Source: Proteromonas lacertae (taxonomy: Eukaryota). Taken from it: a stretch of DNA of 64,000 bases. The stretch is from the NCBI GenBank assembly GCA_002245135.1, contig NGBS01000586.1, positions 62,001 to 126,000 on the forward strand. Direction: 5' to 3'. Below the pieces are notes generated by a model, which ran no database searches, was not told where the DNA came from, and was given only the letters and a program-made list of their open reading frames with translations. A program made the position numbers and the translations under genes. Below are positions 27,295 to 39,438 of this stretch, one piece after another; positions within the stretch are counted from its first letter, which is position 1; every line of letters starts with the position of its first letter.

Positions 27295-28968
27295 ATGAAT
27301 ATCGAAAAGAGGAAGAAAGATGCTTATATAAAAGCTAGAGCATATCAAAACTTTAAGTATTATACATACTTTTAAATGATAGAAATTCCGAAATGGCCAA
27401 GAAAAGCTCTCCAATCAAATCTCGTTATCCTTTAGATAATTTTAGCTTTTCTATACCTTTAAAGCCATTTTCTGGAAGTCTACCAACAGGTTATGAAAAG
27501 AAAATAACAAGAGAATATGCAACAAAGTATCTAGATCATTTAGGAGCATTACCAACAGAAGATAATATTCAAGCTGTACTTGCTAATCATAATTTAGATG
27601 AATGTACACTTTGTGCTGGTTCATTTCAAGGAGGTAGTTTAGAAGATGCAATATTCATTACTACTTCACCAGTAAGGAAGATACAACTAGAATACAAAAA
27701 GAATTTACCTCCAGTTCAATCATCTAAAGAAATTGAAACATCTCCAATTAAATCTCGTCCTTCTTCCCAAGCATATTCCTCAAAACCAACAACAACGCAT
27801 GGACAGAGAATTGAATCTAATTTACTATCATTTCAGAAGATAAAAGAAAGACATTTATATCCATATTCTTCAAAATATAAGAAATTACCATCTCTTCTAT
27901 CATCATTACCATTATCATCTTCATCCTCTCAAATATCATTATCATCAAATGAACAAATAGAGAAATATGCATTGTATATATATATATATATAATTTATTA
28001 TAGGTTAAAGTTTCCAAGTATTGATATAGTATATGAAAATGATGGAAGTATAAAAGAGAACATATACTCGGTTGGAATGAATGAATTATCAGAACCATTG
28101 AAAATAGATCAATATATAATAGATGACTGTATTAAACAGTTTATTAAATCAATTCCAAAGAGATATTTAGATGAACATCTATCTCAAACAGAAAGACTTG
28201 CTTTAAAGAATTTATTAAGTTCAAAAGAAGTATGTCAATTAATATATAATTTATCATATTATTTGTATATATTATTTATATTTAATATTATTATAATTAG
28301 ATTTCATTTATTATATTTGTCATTTGAATGGAAACTATCCGTTGATGAACCATCCAATACAACTCTTTATAACGATATAAATATATTATTCGACAAACTC
28401 ATCGATAAATGTAGAAACAAGAGAAAACATACAACAATATTTCTACCATTTATTATTCTATGCATTAAAGTTTCCATTGAAGAGATATTTACTAGGAAAT
28501 ATCCTGGTTGGTTTAAGAATAATACTATATATAGCTCACAAACATTAGATATCTTCGCGTCTGAGATAACTAACATATTAGATCCTCATGGTTTGTATGA
28601 TAGAATTGCTTATTTTGAATCAGATGCTGATGCGATGAGAGCAATTTCTTCACATAAAACAACAAGTAATTCCATTAACAAATTTACTGTTTCTCCATTT
28701 ATTACTAAGACAATGAAGGATAGTGATTCGAGTATTATTAGGAAAATGAAAATAGTTGGAAAATGGGATAAATCTGTACAGTCTGAAAGTGCAGAGAATT
28801 TGAATGTTAATCTGAAGAAAGATGTTATTACAAGTAAAAGAAAGAGTATTGTTATTATGTTTATTGTTTTTTTATTTAATAGAATTACTACATCAGATTG
28901 ATGATGAGACTATAATTGACACTAATTTTGCTGCTTCTTTAAAACCTCGTCATAGTAAGAAATTGTAA
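27295..28968 (+). CDS. Uncharacterised protein, multi-exon; C-terminal helical domain possibly PPP1R36-like
   Basis: First exon MNIEKRKKDAYIKARAYQNF splices in frame into ORF 27393. The ORF reads through short AT-rich introns. Conserved-looking block LPFIILCIKVSIEEIFTRKYPGWF...ITNILDP..LYDRIAYFES. Confidence 0.55.
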
Positions 28969-29076
28969 AAACATATTCGTTCTTTTGTAAATATTTATAT
29001 TTATTCCAAACAAACATTTGATGTATATGTAAATAGTAATAAGATTTGTTAATTAGTTTGTTTTTTTTGTTCTTTT

Positions 29077-29769
29077 TTAAATTGCAAATGGTTTTAACAT
29101 TATTGTATCAGGATTAAAATCATCATCATCAACTTTCTTTGACTTAACAACAGGATTATTAACAGGAGGTGTAATTACAAAAGCTTCAACATATTGTTGT
29201 TGTTGTAACTGTTCTTCTTCACTTTGTTGGTTGGAATATGCATTGAAATATGTTCTATCTATCTTCTTTCCTTTAGCAGCATCATGAATATCAACTGGAT
29301 CAATAAATAACCATAATCCTGTGAAACACACAACACCTAATGCTAAAGCACCAGGTACTTTCTCAATATCACTAGAATATACAGTAAATTGCATATGATT
29401 GGAAGTTTCTAACAATCCAATTGGTTGAAATGACATGATCAAAGAGTTGATGACTCTATCAAATCCAATGGTTAGAATTGTTTTACACCATTTATACCCA
29501 CCACAAGTTGATCTTCCATAGCTAGTTTCACCAACTGCATAATGTTTAATTTTCACAACATAGTAGTTTATAGACTTTCTAACAATGAAATAGTTGAATA
29601 TGGAATTATTCAATGTGAGATTATCATTTCTTTCTAATTCAGTATCATCTCTTACTTCTTTTCGATTATATCCAACAATAATATCTTTCCTTTCTGGCCA
29701 ATCTACTCCATTCCTAAACAATGCAATGATTGTTTCACGCACAGCATCGACTAAATTGATTTTTCTCAT
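29077..29769 (-). CDS. Hypothetical intronless 230-aa protein with one hydrophobic segment
   Basis: Intact ATG-TAA ORF filling the space between neighbouring genes; hydrophobic stretch VPGALALGVVCFTGLWLFI. Confidence 0.6.
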   Translation of the reverse strand: MRKINLVDAVRETIIALFRNGVDWPERKDIIVGYNRKEVRDDTELERNDNLTLNNSIFNYFIVRKSINYYVVKIKHYAVGETSYGRSTCGGYKWCKTILTIGFDRVINSLIMSFQPIGLLETSNHMQFTVYSSDIEKVPGALALGVVCFTGLWLFIDPVDIHDAAKGKKIDRTYFNAYSNQQSEEEQLQQQQYVEAFVITPPVNNPVVKSKKVDDDDFNPDTIMLKPFAI

Positions 29770-29807
29770 TTCAAATGTTGATTGTTGGTAGTGTTTTTTT
29801 GGAACTA

Positions 29808-29817
29808 TTCCGCCAAA
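29808..29817 (-). promoter_or_regulatory. E2F-like element TTTGGCGGAA
   Basis: GC-rich motif in an AT-rich divergent promoter, ~40 bp upstream of the ATG at 29769; matches TTTSSCGS. Confidence 0.3.
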
Positions 29818-30063
29818 TAAAATATTTTAACCAATAAAATTTCAGTTGTTCAACATTTAAATTTTTTATAACTATAATCCATTTAATTAATTCTATACAA
29901 TATTTCTGTATATTATCTTCTCATTAATAATATTATTTCTATTTATCATAATATTAACTGTATACTAATCGAAAAAATTCTACAAACAGCAAAAATGTTA
30001 TACATATAATGAAATAAACAGAAAAATAATAATTCCGGCTCGATAAAGCTTGGAAATACAAAA

Positions 30064-31489
30064 ATGAATTGGGAAGTATTTAACAAAGCTACACTTATCG
30101 AAATTGTCAAAACATTATCTAAGAATGTAGATGAAAGTATAAAAGCTATTTATATTTGTTGAACAGATATTACTAATGAAATTTTTCTATCTTTTTCATC
30201 AAAACTATCACCATCGTGTATAAAATTTTCATTATAATACTTTTTATTAGCAATTGCGAATTCACCTAAGAAATCAAAATCTGAAAAATCAAAAAGACAG
30301 TTTGATATGTCAAAATTCCATCAGAGACATGTAGCATTAAAGATATTTTACGATGGAAGAAAATATGATGGATTTGCATCTCAGAATGAAACAGATAATA
30401 CAGTTGAAGCAAAACTATTTCATGCATTGACTAAAAGTTGCTTAATATCTAATCGTGAATCTTCTCATTACTCTCGTTGTGGTAGAACAGATAAGGGAGT
30501 TAGTGCCAGTTGTCAAACTATAGGAATCTATATAAGAACAAATCTAAAGAAAGGTTGTGAATTTGTTGATGATAATAAGATAGAAGATGATGGTAAAGAA
30601 ATTGAAGAATTGGATTATTGTAAAGTATAATTATTTAATAATAATATATATATTCATCATAATAGATATTGAATAGTATATTACCCAATGATATTCGAAT
30701 ACTTGGATGGTGTCCAGTCAAATTAGATTTTAATGCAAGATTTGGAACTAAATCAAGAACTTACAGATATTATTTTGTAAGAAGAAATTTAGATATAAAC
30801 ATAATGTTAGAAAGTTCAAAGAAATATATTGGTGAACATGATTTTAGACACTTTTGCAAAATAGATTTAGGAAATGTTACTAATTTTGTTAGAACAATTA
30901 TTCGCACTGATTTTGTGAAGATGACTGATGGAGATAGAGATGATGAAGGTAAAGAAATTTGGTATTTTGAAATTGAAGGTCAAGCATTTTTATGGCATCA
31001 AGTGAGATATTTAGTTGCAATTTTGTTTTTAATTGGATCACATTTAGAAGAACCAACTGTATTTATTGTTTTTTTATGCTTATATTTTAGTTGATTGATG
31101 AATTGTTAGATATAAAAAGTAATCCTTCAATTTGTGATTACAATATGGCTTTAGAATATCCATTATGTTTATGGAAATGTAATTATCCCGATGATTTAGA
31201 ATTTACAATTAGTGATGAGTCTTATAAGAATTTAATTACTTCTTTAGAGAACAAATGGGAAGAATTGACTCTTCAATTATCACAATATACTGATTTAATG
31301 AAAGAAATAAAGAAATTGAAAAGTTTTGGTGTTGTTTTACCTTGCTCTTATAAAGATGTGAGATATAATTCATATAAACCATTGAAATCTAGACCCAAAA
31401 GGAGTATTTAAATAGTTATTGTTATATAATGAATAGAATGTTATGAAGAAAGATTGGAAGAATTAAATAAGAAGAGAAAAATAGAGTAA
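30064..31489 (+). CDS. PUS3: tRNA pseudouridine(38/39) synthase (TruA family), multi-exon
   Basis: RHVALKIFYDGRKYDGFASQ, YSRCGRTDKGVSA, LNSILPNDIRILGW, FNARF, RTYRYYF, GEHDFRHFCK, GQAFLWHQVR. Confidence 0.93.
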
Positions 31490-31632
31490 ATGATAATTAT
31501 AGGTGATATATAATATATTTTTTTATTTTCATATCTTTTTTTATTGAAGAAAACACGAAATCCAAAATTTAAAGAAATTATATTCGTTTTAATATATTTG
31601 GCTTGATTAGTCATATTTCTTTTTTTGGATTT

Positions 31633-34600
31633 ATGAAGACTGTAGACCAAATTTTAGATGAATTGGAAGAAGATGAGGAATTTGATAGATCATATTGCGA
31701 TATAGACACTTTATTAAGGATGTCTTTTGACGAGTTAGAGTATTGTTAATCTGTTGATTTGTTAGTTTATCTGAATATGATAAATACATAGATCCAAATT
31801 TAGCTTATTATGAAAGCACTCCATATGAGTTGATAGAGAAGTTGATCAACTTTTTAGAAGCAACAAGACCAAAAACACCAGATGTATATTATTTATAGAT
31901 AATCTATGTTTTTAATAGACATTATCAGCATCAGATACAGCAGATGATAGTTATGCAGGTAGATCTGAATCTGTTTCTTATGACTCAATGACCAATATGT
32001 TTGATGATTATACCAATCAAATAAAAGCTGTAGAAAAGGTGATTAACAAAGTAATGTGTCCCAAATACCCAGATTTATACAATCCACTCACAAATCTTGA
32101 TCAATCCAATACACATACAAAATCAGCAACAAGAATACAAGTCATGATGGATAATAGATTCCAAAAATGTGCAACAGCAGAATCAGGATTATTACAGTTA
32201 AACAAAATGGAAAATATTTCAAGTCAATTATTACTAAATTCACAAAATATAAAGAATGGTCCAGGATATCCAACCTCATTATGTTGTTTATCAAATATAA
32301 TAGCAATAGGTACAAACTCATCAATGATATTGTTGTATGATAACAAGGAAAATCCAATCACAGTTTTAGGCTCGAGTCCAAGACTCGAACCAATATGGAG
32401 CAGTTACATCGATTTGTGGGAATGAAAAGAATCATATTCTATATGTTGGCCATTTATCTGGTAAAATAAACATATGGGATTATAATAAAAAACAATTGAA
32501 CAAAACGGTCGATGGAATTTTCAAATCTCCAGTGATATACTTAAAGACATGGAGTAATGGGTTTATATCTTGTGATAGTAATGGAAAATGTGTTTATTGT
32601 TCAGTTACAAAGAAATTATTAATGACTGCAGTAGATACAACCGTAATTCCTTCAAAATATGGTCCAATATTATCAGCATCAATATATAACAACAATGATA
32701 ATAATAATAGTAAAGAAGGAGAAAGCAAAGAAGATTTCTCCTTAATAGCAATAGCAACCTATGAGAAAGTATTTATTTTATCGTTATTGGATTTGAATAA
32801 GGTTTTATCTGAATGGAATGCTCCTGATTCGTGTCATGCAATTAGTTCAGTGAGTTGGTACAAAATAAGAAGTCAAGGGTTTGAACTAATACCAGTATTA
32901 ACATGTTTAATTACTTGGGGAAATCATCTGCAATTATTATCTGTTCAATATAAAGATAATAAACATAATATTGAATTAATAAATCATATTAAATTTGAAT
33001 ATACTATTTATACACAAAGACTGTTTAATGATCATACAATTGTGTATTTAACATCAGAAAAATCAATAATTATATTTGATTTAATAGCATTAGATGAAAT
33101 AGATGTAATTAGTGTAAAAGACTTGAAATTTGTTTATTCTATGTTAAAGAACTTGGAGAATAACAAAGATAATTATGTCAATTATGAAAATACAATTGGT
33201 TGTATTTCTGATAGTTTATATCTATTATGTTTAACATCGCTAAGTCATTTATACACTGTAAATATCAAAACAAGAATTCAAAATTGTATAGAGAAAAAAG
33301 ATTGGTTAATTGGATTTAATATTATATTAGATTATTATAAAACAAACCCTGATAATTCTATGTTGGATATATTTTTACAATATTTCGATTTGTATTTAGA
33401 TTATTCATTTAATTCTAAACAAATACAAGAGAATGGAGGTAGTATCAATTATTTTAAAATAATAGCTGGTGTTTGTTGTGAATATAGTATTGGAATAAGA
33501 CAATCTTATTTATTGACTCAATTAGCTTATAAAAGATTTGAAGAAGTAAATCAAACGAATATATATATTCAAATATTATCAAGTTATATTGTCTGTTTAA
33601 TAGATATTACTATTCCACCACCAATATTGACTCAAATCATTGAATATTTCTGTGATCACGATTTACCTGATTTAGCTCAAGAATGGTTATTTAGATTAGA
33701 TATTAATGTATATGATAGAGAAGAAGCGTTTGAAGTTGTTACAAACCATCAATTACTATTAGCTTTAATCAATTTATCATGTAAACACTATCACTCATAT
33801 AATATCGCATTAGAGAAGTTATTTTTAATATTGAATAATGTCCATACAACAGATTTAGTTAAAACTCAAATACAATCATTGATAATTACTATATTATCTT
33901 ATAGCTGTGATAATTATCCATTTCCTAATGATATTGATTGTGTTATGAGTAATAATAATCTCTCTCAAGTAATTGATGTGATATTTAAAAAAGATTGCCC
34001 AGAAAACCCTGAACCCTGTTATCGATTATGTTATATATTGCCTATTAATTTGACATTATTATTGAAAGTGATTCAAATATGTTATAATCGAGGTAATGAT
34101 TTAACAACAGAACTTAAAATATCCAATATTTGTACTATCTTAGGTGAATTTTTATTCAATGATAGTTCATATATAGAATTAGATTCATCTTATGACTCTT
34201 CTTATTTTATTCATTATTATACATTCCTTATTAAAATGTTAATTGATCATGTTGATTGTGTATTACCCAATAATCTAACTACCTCTTGTATTGTCTATTT
34301 ATTACAAGCAACGAAAGGAAATATATCATTATACAGTCCTTATACAAATGAAGAATGTTTATGTAAAATCATAGATAATGTTGATATAAATCACTATGAT
34401 CCAGTTCAAACATTATATGCAATCCAAGAAATAGGATTGAAACAACCTGAATTAAGAATATTGAAGAAAATGAATAGATATGGAGATGTAATTAAGCTAC
34501 TATTAGATGATGCTGAAGAGAGAAATTCAACGAAAGAAGTGTTTAGTTATTTAACTGATTGTATTGAACAACAAACATCATCTTCTGCATCTACAAGTGA

Positions 34601-35795
34601 ATCTGCTGATAATACTACTACTATTAATGCTGAATCTAATTCAAATTCTTCTTCTTCTTCTTCTTCTTCTCTTGAGTTGTATAATTCAATTCAACCATTC
34701 ATTACACCACTTGTAAAGAAGAATATTCATCAAACTATCAGATTATTACTACAAATCCCAGAAACTGATTTCAAAATAATCATAGCACATATGAAATTAG
34801 ATAGCATCTATTACCTCTTTATAAGGGAATTATTAACCTATCAACAAGATACTGAATATATGTTGCAACTTCAATCAAAAGGTGTTGAAATACCTGAAGA
34901 TATTGAACTTCAATATTTCAAAGAATTATGTATGTATTGTCCATCTGAAGTATTAAATTTCGCTCAGAAGCATTTAGATTTACCAATTAATGTCTGTATT
35001 AAATACTGTGAAGATTATAATATCATTGATTGTACTGCTTTCTTATATGAAAGAGTTGGTAATTCTCAAGGAGCAATTGATTTATTAATAAGAGGATTTA
35101 ATGGATTATCAGAAGAAATGGTGAATATATTACAATCTTCATCATTATTAGAAGATGCGAAGAAAGTAGAAGTGATTAATCATTCATTTACATTGTATTT
35201 GTCCGTTTCACAAGATTTGTGTGTCAAACATAGTAAATTATGTATTCAAACAAATGAAGATTATTACCAAGGTTATTGGTTTTCTATATTTGATGTAATC
35301 ATTGAAACACAGAGAAGAATAAAGAAATTAACTTCGTCTTTATTCCAACCAGTTTTAAGCGAAGGACAAAAATGTTTAAATCAAATCTCAACTGATGTTA
35401 TGAATTATGTAAATGTAATGAGTCAATATGTTTCATTAACATTAATAGTTGATAGAATAGTAACTAAACACAAATCTGATACATTTGGTGGATTTAGAGC
35501 AACTATTTTAGATTTAATTGACACTTCTATATTTGAAACAAATCTTTTAACAATTTGCAATAAACTATTTGCTGATGATAATTGGAGAAGTGTAAGATAC
35601 TTGAAGTATGCAAGAACTAGATCATTACCAGCTCCAAATCCAATATGTCCAATATGTCACATTAATATTAAATATAATGAGAAGATTCATATTGTAGTAT
35701 TTAGCTGTGGACATGCTTATCATTCTAATTGTTTGAATGATTCAAAACAATGTACAGTTTGTTATGGTCAAAGAAGAAGAATTAATAGAAAATAA
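31633..35795 (+). CDS. VPS8: Vacuolar protein sorting 8 (CORVET subunit); two 5' introns and one frameshift (~32378)
   Basis: GPGYPTSLC..IIAIGT, YGAVTSIC..LYVGHLSGKINIWD (WD40), alpha-solenoid with YFKELCMYCPSEVLNF and AFLYERVG, C-terminal RING-H2 CPICH..VVFSCGHAYHSNCL..CTVC. Confidence 0.85.
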
Positions 35796-35852
35796 ATAAA
35801 TAATATATATTTTTATTGTTTTATTATTGTTTTTTTAATTAATTTTTATATT

Positions 35853-36638
35853 TTACTCATTTACTTTTCTTTTTTTATTTGCAGGAGGTGATGAAGGATT
35901 TAACGAACCTTTTGTATTATTATTATTATTATTATTACAATTTACAGAATTATTTGACGAAATATCTTCATCTATAGTTGTTGTACTTGACGAAGATTCT
36001 GGTGAATTGTGAGAGGTTAGAGGTGAAACGATATATGTAGGTCCAAGATGTCCTAAAGGTATTACACCAGTGGTATAAACCGGCTTGATGTCTGGAGGAG
36101 AAGGTGGAATTACTATTCCTGATAATTTGGGAATTATGGAATGATATTTATTGACTTTGGGTGTACGTTTCTATTTTTAAATATACAAATATCATATATA
36201 CGACATTCTTTGGCCTATCTGGACAAATTTTGATGTGAAAAGATATAGTAGCTTCCGTGGCTAAATGATTAGGATTATAAGGACATTTCACAGACTAGTA
36301 ATATTAAAATAATCTTAATATGATATATAAGGAAATAATTATTAAATATATATATACTGGAGAACCTTTTGGAATATCAACTTTTTCTAGTTTTTCAAAA
36401 GAGCTGGGAGATGACTATAAATAATATTAAATAATGAAAGAAAGTAATTATACAAAATCATCTTCCTTTGGTTCTACTACTATGCTTAATTTTCTTTTAA
36501 GACGTTTTTCAACAGGTCTCTATGCATTAATCAATTAATATACTTCTTTTGGGGTAAAATGTGGACCTTCTGATTTTTCTCTATTTAAAAAAGCATTATG
36601 TAAAATGTATACTCAGGAGATGTTGGATCTTCACTCAT
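35853..36638 (-). CDS. Small 5-exon protein with a CHHC zinc finger (U11-48K/GTSF1/TRM13 type); absent from the ORF track
   Basis: Splicing four GT-AG introns gives MSEDPTSPEEKSEG...SVKCPYNPNHLATEATISFHIKICPDRPK...NKKRKVNE, with C-x5-H-x9-H-x3-C spacing and a terminal NLS-like KKRK. Confidence 0.75.
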
Positions 36639-36816
36639 GATCTATTAGTCTCATATACTTAACAAGAATAAAGGACAAATAATTTTGCGAATCAAACTAA
36701 AAATTACACTTGAGCGCATTAAGCGTTTTATTTTTTATATTTTAAATAGAAACTTAAGAATAAATCAATTTAGAGTCTTTTTAGTAATTTGAATAATAGG
36801 ATATTTAAATAACAAG

Positions 36817-38115
36817 ATGAGTGCAGGACGTCCTCATAAACTAGCACCAATCAATGGTGATGGAACCCAAGTCAAAAGAATAAAATCATCGTTGCCAGTA
36901 AAGATTAAATCAAACAACGATGACATTTTAGATGAAAGTGTGTCAAAGAAAACATTACCACCCATAAATGCTTCACAAGCAGACAAACAGAAATTATGTT
37001 TAGAAATATTAACATCAGGATATGTTCAAGCATATGTTGATTTCTTTTATTTAACCAATAGACCTGATCCTCATCCAGATCCAACTAACGATGAGGAATT
37101 AGAAATTATCGTTCCACCAGAAGATTTAATAAGAATAAAGGATTTATTAACAGAAGCAGAATCTTCTAGAAGATCGGGTGATACTAAAGAAGTATTTAGA
37201 TGTTTTGGTACATTAGCTGAATATTATCAAGATCAAAAAGATTTAAAAACTTCCATATATTTCTATGAAAAATGTCTTGAACTAGCCAAATTGACAAACG
37301 ATGTTCAAGCTGAAATGGAATCTACTCACCATCTAGGTATTGCCTATGATAAGAGTGGTGATGAAGAAGGATCCATTGCATTACATGAACAGCACTTAGC
37401 ATTAGCTACAGAAGTTAACGATAAAAGCCACATTGTTTTAGCAAATGAATCTTTATATCGATTATATGAAACAAAAGCAATAAGATTTGAAAGTGAAGAG
37501 AATTTAGATCAAGCGCTCATTAATTATACCAAATGTCTAAGTTGTGCATCTGCAGCAGGTAATGAAGAATGGGAAATGGTATGTAATTATAGAATAGGTA
37601 AAACATTGATATTATTAAACAGATGTGAAGAGTCATTATCTTATTTAACTAACTATTATCATATTAGCAGAAGAATGAAGAATCTCAAAGCACAAGGTCA
37701 AGCCTGCTCGATATTAGGTGCTGCATATCAAGCTTTAGGTAAACAAGATCTAGCTATTAAGCATTTGAAGAGTTTCTTAGAATTGGCTGAAGATTTGAAA
37801 GATTTAAATGCAATGAGTGAAGCTTGTTATAGTTTGGGTGTTATATATAATAATAAAGGAGAATTTTCAACTGCTGTACAATTCTTCACTAGAAACTTTG
37901 AATTGGTGAAGAGCATTATTCACGATTTACATGGTGATATGAGTTTATATTCAAATGCAAGAGTTGCTTTGGGTATGGCTCAAGGAAACTATGATATGAA
38001 TGCTTATATTAGTGCTATTAATACAGATTATTGGAAGTTGTTGAGATGGAAGATTTCTAGAATTCCACTTGTAGATAGAAAAACACCTGATAATGATGAA
38101 TATGGACCTCTTTAA
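36817..38115 (+). CDS. TTC29: Tetratricopeptide repeat protein 29-like (axonemal)
   Basis: Intronless 432 aa; N-terminal LCLEILTSGYVQAYVDFFYLT, LTEAESSRRSGD, TPR array, C-terminal ARVALGMAQG..LLRWK. Confidence 0.75.
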   Translation: MSAGRPHKLAPINGDGTQVKRIKSSLPVKIKSNNDDILDESVSKKTLPPINASQADKQKLCLEILTSGYVQAYVDFFYLTNRPDPHPDPTNDEELEIIVPPEDLIRIKDLLTEAESSRRSGDTKEVFRCFGTLAEYYQDQKDLKTSIYFYEKCLELAKLTNDVQAEMESTHHLGIAYDKSGDEEGSIALHEQHLALATEVNDKSHIVLANESLYRLYETKAIRFESEENLDQALINYTKCLSCASAAGNEEWEMVCNYRIGKTLILLNRCEESLSYLTNYYHISRRMKNLKAQGQACSILGAAYQALGKQDLAIKHLKSFLELAEDLKDLNAMSEACYSLGVIYNNKGEFSTAVQFFTRNFELVKSIIHDLHGDMSLYSNARVALGMAQGNYDMNAYISAINTDYWKLLRWKISRIPLVDRKTPDNDEYGPL

Positions 38116-38222
38116 AATTGTTTTTATTATTTATTTACTTTTTATATTGTTATTCTGTTGGATTTAAATTGAAATACATTTCTAGTGTATTGAAGAGTGT
38201 ATTTTAGTGTATTAATATAAAA

Positions 38223-39315
38223 ATGAAAATTCTTCTCTTTATATGTTTATTCGTGTGTATCTTTTCCTTTAATTTAGATGATTTAAAGACGTGTATTATA
38301 AATATTCTTTTATTAATAGCATTTAAAGATGCTTTTGATAATGTGAAGTGTTTTCTCACATATCAGGAATATGCACCAAGAAAAATAAAAGAAAATCTAC
38401 AAAAAGAACTACTTGTGCATGATGAAGTTAGACAAAGTCTGATTAGAAGAATTTCATATTATGTAAACCTCCATTCGTATAAAATACATTCATTATTATC
38501 ATAATAGACCATCTGAAATTCTTAAAGTAAGTGTATATGGTTTATCGAAGACAGGAAAGACATTTACTTCAGAATTAATTATCAAATCAATATTCAAGCA
38601 AAATAGTCCAGGATATATAGTCTACAACATACCTTCAGATAATATATCACTTCAAAAACTAAAAACAATTTTAGAAGAATCTTTATTGAAAAGGATGAAA
38701 TTATGTCATGATGTCTTATTATTGGTAGTTGATGGCTTGACAAGTAAATATAAAGACCTTCTCGAAATGATTTCAATATCTGAAATGAGTGAAACAAAGA
38801 TAATAATACTGTTTTTATACACAATTTCAAATGATGAATATAATCAAATAAACAACACTAAAAATAGAAATTATAATTTTCTATTATATCATCCTTATTA
38901 TCCTGAAGATGTTAGAAATATACTGACTTATAGATGGAATGAATATTTATTAAATGAAAAGAGTCATTATAATTTAATTGATATAAAAATAGATGAATCA
39001 TTTTTTGAATTTATAGCTAAATCTACAACAAGGATCATTGAATATTATCAAGATGATTATTCACAGAATGTATTTGAAATAGATACAAAGATAATTAAAT
39101 CGATAGATAAGGTTTGCTCTTGTTTATTGAAGAATTTACCAATTCATTACTCCAAATTCTCTAAACTACAGATATCTTATGAAAATGAGTTTATTGCTCA
39201 ATTGTATAATAGTGTTGAAGATGAATATTCAGTTATGAAATCTAAAGAACCTATTGAAAATGTATTATCCAATATTTTATCAACAAATGTCATTGAATGT
39301 GATGTATTTAATTAG
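38223..39315 (+). CDS. Torsin-like AAA+ protein C: signal peptide, Walker A present, no TM; two introns
   Basis: MKILLFICLFVCIFS; LQKELLVHDEVRQSLI; LKVSVYGLSKTGKTFTSELIIKSIF (Walker A at 38539-38562, in an exon the ORF track missed); CHDVLLLVVDG (Walker B position); YHPYYPEDVRNIL; IDESFFEFIA. Confidence 0.65.
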
Positions 39316-39438
39316 TAATTTATGTTTTTATTTTGTTATTTTTGTATTTAGTTGAATGAATAAAGAGATATAAAACCAACAATGTTATTTAAGCTTGATT
39401 ACCTCAAATCTATATAATTTATATTTTGAATTATCTCA

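Noticed and set aside
29009..29016. Blastocystis-style polyadenylation-created stop codons (TGTTTGTT motif on the minus strand)
   Set aside because: The motif is about 60 nt past an encoded TAA, and every gene I reconstructed to its 3' end has a genomic stop codon.
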